The notes under the pieces: model-generated | The model's input: only the letters and a program-made list of their open reading frames with translations | What the model was told of the DNA's origin: nothing | Databases searched by the model: none | Shown here: positions 57,124 to 60,088 of the stretch, in pieces | Layout of the letters: every line of letters begins with the position of its first letter | Position numbering within the stretch: position 1 is the stretch's first letter | Virus record (IMG/VR): IMGVR_UViG_3300021963_006531 | Location: 1 to 60,088 of that record | Source of the DNA: a virus | Lineage: Duplodnaviria > Caudoviricetes | Reading direction: 5' to 3' (one strand) | Length of the DNA stretch: 60,088 nt | Translations under genes and position numbers: made by a program

Positions 57124-57651
57124 ATGCTTAATACAAACGAACGACAGCAAGTCACCTTCTTTACTGGCTACGAAGTAGAACATACTGTTGCACATGGTAT
57201 GTATACTTTGTTTGTAGTTGGTACTCCTTCACTAGAACATATTTTAGAGTGGGCAGAACGATGCGAAGTTAAACAAATTTATTTTGGTACTAGTCAAAGT
57301 TTTAATCCACAAAATTATGAAGACTGGAAAATTTGGGACAATCGTATTATGGGTTGTCTCAATGCAGGATATTGGGTTTGCTTAGACTTTGATGTTAAGT
57401 ATGCTGAAGAATTCCATGAAGATGGTTGGACTGAGCATGATAAATTTATTCCAATGATTAGTGTAAAATTGCCGTATATCAAACTTTACAACTATAACAC
57501 AACACTTAAAATTGATGACCGTACTTGGGGTGCTACTAACCCTGGTGTATGGACACATCACCTCCCAACCCTAATGAGTAAAGACAAATTTACACATTGG
57601 GATCAATACACGCAAGATTCAGAAATAACATTACAACGCAATGATAATTAA
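57124..57651 (+). CDS. Hypothetical protein within the 7-deazaguanine cluster
   Basis: Globular, enzyme-like sequence (EVEHT...TLFVVG...IYFG...KIDD...TNPGVW); family not recognised. Confidence 0.75.
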   Translation: MLNTNERQQVTFFTGYEVEHTVAHGMYTLFVVGTPSLEHILEWAERCEVKQIYFGTSQSFNPQNYEDWKIWDNRIMGCLNAGYWVCLDFDVKYAEEFHEDGWTEHDKFIPMISVKLPYIKLYNYNTTLKIDDRTWGATNPGVWTHHLPTLMSKDKFTHWDQYTQDSEITLQRNDN

Positions 57652-58036
57652 ACAAGATATTAGACCTAACAAAATGATTTGGGTTACTTTCCGCAAAGAA
57701 GGTATTCACAAATATCCAGCAGCCGCAACTGATCCCAACCTAGCAACAGGAGATGAATATGATGTCTCGTTTTTGGCTAATCCCCATCGCCATATTTTTC
57801 ATTTTAGGGTATGGCTTAGTGTCACCCACAATGACAGAGATGTGGAATTTATACAATTCAAGCGATGGCTCGAAAAATTGTATTCTAGCAACGAAGGTGT
57901 ATTGTCGCTAGACTATAAGAGTTGTGAGATGATGAGCGATGATTTATACGCTCAGATTCACGCAAAGTATCCAGACCGTGAGGTTTGGATTGAGGTCTCC
58001 GAAGACGGAGAAAATGGTTCATTTATCAAATACTAA
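57641..58036 (+). CDS. queD: QueD / 6-pyruvoyl-tetrahydropterin synthase-like T-fold enzyme
   Basis: GIH...PHRHIFHFRV (metal-binding His), DVEFIQFK, SCEM and EVSEDGENG. Confidence 0.75.
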   Translation: MIIKQDIRPNKMIWVTFRKEGIHKYPAAATDPNLATGDEYDVSFLANPHRHIFHFRVWLSVTHNDRDVEFIQFKRWLEKLYSSNEGVLSLDYKSCEMMSDDLYAQIHAKYPDREVWIEVSEDGENGSFIKY

Positions 58037-58048
58037 CAAGAGGCTATA

Positions 58049-58342
58049 ATGGCTAAGAACTACAAGGATTATTCCTATTTTGAAAATCGTCCAGACATTG
58101 TGAAAGTTTGGGAAGATCTAGAAGCGTGGCACGACTATTGTCGTTTTAATCTGTTGGATTTTAATCCAGCACACTTGTACAAATCTCCAGAGTATAAGGA
58201 GTTTGCACGTAAGAAAAATGGTAATTACCGTTTCCAAGGAAAGAACGGAAATGCCAAATTTAACAATGGTGAGCGTAAACCATATCAAGGAAACAAACCT
58301 CGCTATGAAAATAGAAACAATGGCGAACGTTTTTCTCGTTGA
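58049..58342 (+). CDS. Hypothetical protein
   Basis: GAGG RBS; basic, Asn-rich tail. Confidence 0.65.
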   Translation: MAKNYKDYSYFENRPDIVKVWEDLEAWHDYCRFNLLDFNPAHLYKSPEYKEFARKKNGNYRFQGKNGNAKFNNGERKPYQGNKPRYENRNNGERFSR

Positions 58343-59396
58343 TTTAGAAGCAGTTGAGACAAGGTACACGGGACAATGGAAGTCCCATGTACCTGCACTC
58401 TTACGAAAGGCAGGACACAATGTTCAAATTATTGACGGCCCTGAAGATATCCCTAGGGCTACCACTCCTGGCGCTTTTCTTAACTTTGGTGGGACTAATA
58501 TCTATAAGTCTGTACAAGTTGAAAAAATTAGTAGATTATTTTGCGCTGGACGCATTCAAGCTGGCGACCATTTTATTTTTACTGATGCTTGGCATCCGGG
58601 CATTATAAATTTAAAATATATGAGTGAACTTCTTGGCATTCCTATCAAGATTCACGCATTGTGGCATGCTGGCAGTTACGATCCTCAAGACTTTTTAGGA
58701 CGTCTTATTGGCAACGCTAAGTGGGTACGGCACACTGAAAAAAGTTTTTTCTATGCTATAGATCATAATTATTTTGCCACAGATTTTCATATTGAAATGT
58801 TTGGTCTAAACTTAATAGGGTTTGATCTTGAAACTTTGAGAACAAATCATATTAAAGATAAGAAAATTATTAGATCTGGCTGGCCTATGGAGTATATGGA
58901 TGTGATATTGGATCCATATAAGAATATGAAAAAACGTGACCTCATTTTGTTTCCTCATAGAATCGCTCCAGAAAAACAAGTTGAAATTTTTAGAGATTTA
59001 AAAGAACATTTGCCACAATATGAGTTTGTAGTTTGTCAGGATCAACAACTAACAAAAAATGAATATCATAATTTGTTAGGCGAAGCTAAGATGGTGTTCA
59101 GTGCAAACTTACAAGAAACACTAGGCATTAGTTGTTTTGAAGGTGCTATTGTAGATGCTATTCCTATGGTGCCTGATAGACTTAGTTATACTGAAATGTA
59201 TTACGACACTTTCAAATATCCAAGTCAATGGACTGAAAATTTTAATTCTTATTCTATCTACAGAAAAGATTTGTGTATGGAAATAATGCAACACATGGAC
59301 AATTACGAAACAAGATTGTCAAAATTAAAAAATCAAACACAAGATTTAAAAAAGAACTTTTTCAGTGCAGACGTATTATTGGAGAATATTAAATGA
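58320..59396 (+). CDS. GT-B fold glycosyltransferase (GT4-like)
   Basis: ILFPHRIAPEKQ...EYHNLLGEAKMVFS...QETLGISCFEG...PMVPDRLSYTE (E-x7-E donor-binding motif). Start moved to ATG 58320. Confidence 0.8.
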   Translation: MANVFLVDLEAVETRYTGQWKSHVPALLRKAGHNVQIIDGPEDIPRATTPGAFLNFGGTNIYKSVQVEKISRLFCAGRIQAGDHFIFTDAWHPGIINLKYMSELLGIPIKIHALWHAGSYDPQDFLGRLIGNAKWVRHTEKSFFYAIDHNYFATDFHIEMFGLNLIGFDLETLRTNHIKDKKIIRSGWPMEYMDVILDPYKNMKKRDLILFPHRIAPEKQVEIFRDLKEHLPQYEFVVCQDQQLTKNEYHNLLGEAKMVFSANLQETLGISCFEGAIVDAIPMVPDRLSYTEMYYDTFKYPSQWTENFNSYSIYRKDLCMEIMQHMDNYETRLSKLKNQTQDLKKNFFSADVLLENIK

Positions 59397-59704
59397 AGTG
59401 GTTTGAAAAATGGATAGAAACGAAATATTATTCACATCAAGAACAAAGAGAAAGAGAGATCACTAAAATGGGAACCGCACAAGCTATACCAAAAGGGTTA
59501 ATATCAATAGATAGGGGACCAAATATTAGTCAAAATGGAATACGCTTTACTGTATATAAAGCTACTGGCGGTGTTGCTATAGAAGCTCAAATGTATGATG
59601 AACGTAATGATCGTCATAGGACCAGTTTATATGTTATCACAAGTGATAAAGATATTGGTGAAGAAATTGGCAAAATTATCACACTAGAAGCACTTAAAAA
59701 TTGA
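59393..59704 (+). CDS. Hypothetical protein
   Basis: GGAG RBS and ATGA coupling. Confidence 0.7.
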   Translation: MKWFEKWIETKYYSHQEQREREITKMGTAQAIPKGLISIDRGPNISQNGIRFTVYKATGGVAIEAQMYDERNDRHRTSLYVITSDKDIGEEIGKIITLEALKN

Positions 59705-59729
59705 CGTTGATCCTAAATAATGTTACAAT
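59701..59729 (+). promoter_or_regulatory. Composite sigma70 plus TAAATA promoter, copy 2
   Basis: TTGACG, 17-nt spacer TTGATCCTAAATAATGT, then TACAAT. Confidence 0.7.
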
Positions 59730-59759
59730 GTAAAATATTAAAGTATTTTGGAGATTAAA

Positions 59760-60088
59760 TTGGTTTATAATAAAGCATACATTAGTAATGATATTGATGA
59801 ATCAATATCATACGATAACATTGATGACAAAGGGTATCAAGAAGAAAAGTATCTAGGTAACTATCTTCGTGCTAAAATGAAACGTGAAGGTAAACGTTTT
59901 TGGGCAGGCGATAATATTAGTGAATATATTAGTAACGACCATGTTAAAGAACAACTGATTGATGAAGCCGCAGAAGCATTTGAAACTGTTCTAGATCGTC
60001 TGTTAATTGATAGAGAAAACGATCCTAATAGCAAGGGCACCGCACGTCGACTTGCTAAGATGTACTTTAACGAAATAATGGCAGGTAG
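59760..60088 (+). CDS. folE: GTP cyclohydrolase I, 3'-truncated by the window edge (absent from the ORF track)
   Basis: TTG start behind GGAG; my translation ends ...EAFETVLDRLLIDRENDPNSKGTARRLAKMYFNEIMAG, matching the FolE D-x-x-x-x-x-T-x-x-R-x-AKMY-x-x-E motif. Confidence 0.85.
   Translation, partial: MVYNKAYISNDIDESISYDNIDDKGYQEEKYLGNYLRAKMKREGKRFWAGDNISEYISNDHVKEQLIDEAAEAFETVLDRLLIDRENDPNSKGTARRLAKMYFNEIMAG

Noticed and set aside
25486-58608. Short overlapping ORFs within replication, lysis and cargo genes (e.g. 33066-33503, 40948-41367, 50170-50670, 54765-55124)
   Set aside because: They overlap well-supported genes and mirror their low-complexity composition.
1-60088. Bacterial chromosome or prophage origin, given the many host-like genes (suf, dnaJ, clpA, def, dps, fdxA)
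   Set aside because: These genes are interleaved with T4-like structural and replication genes, share the same promoter motifs and composition, and no integrase, rRNA or ribosomal protein genes are present.

Overview
A 60 kb, AT-rich, gene-dense segment of a large T4-like (myovirus-type, probably jumbo) dsDNA phage, almost entirely on the + strand. In order: (1) three Fe-S assembly genes (SufE, SufT/DUF59, A-type carrier); (2) about 23 kb of very large baseplate/tail-fibre genes; (3) replication and auxiliary genes (a stand-alone DnaE fragment, GroES, MazG-like NTP-PPase, TagD-like cytidylyltransferase, clamp loader, 7Fe ferredoxin, PhoH); (4) a lysis cassette (GH19 endolysin, probable spanins, GTA-type holin); (5) DnaJ, a peptide deformylase interrupted by one in-frame TGA, and ClpA; (6) an 11.5 kb block of genes sharing an N-terminal M-K-I-x-E-L-L-x-E tag resembling the T4 capsid-targeting sequence, with cargo including two Pol-beta-type nucleotidyltransferases, a ligase-like/HxGH-transferase fusion, an HExxH protein and a second GH19 enzyme; (7) family B DNA polymerase with a twin-hairpin leader and a probable sliding clamp; (8) a 7-deazaguanine DNA-modification cluster (DpdA/TGT-like, QueD-like, FolE) containing a glycosyltransferase. 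Regulatory signals are unusually readable: sigma70-type promoters (two inside terminator loops), TAAATA late-type promoters and several apparently leaderless genes. All calls come from motif recognition by eye; no searches were run. I found no tRNA, rRNA, CRISPR array or integrase.
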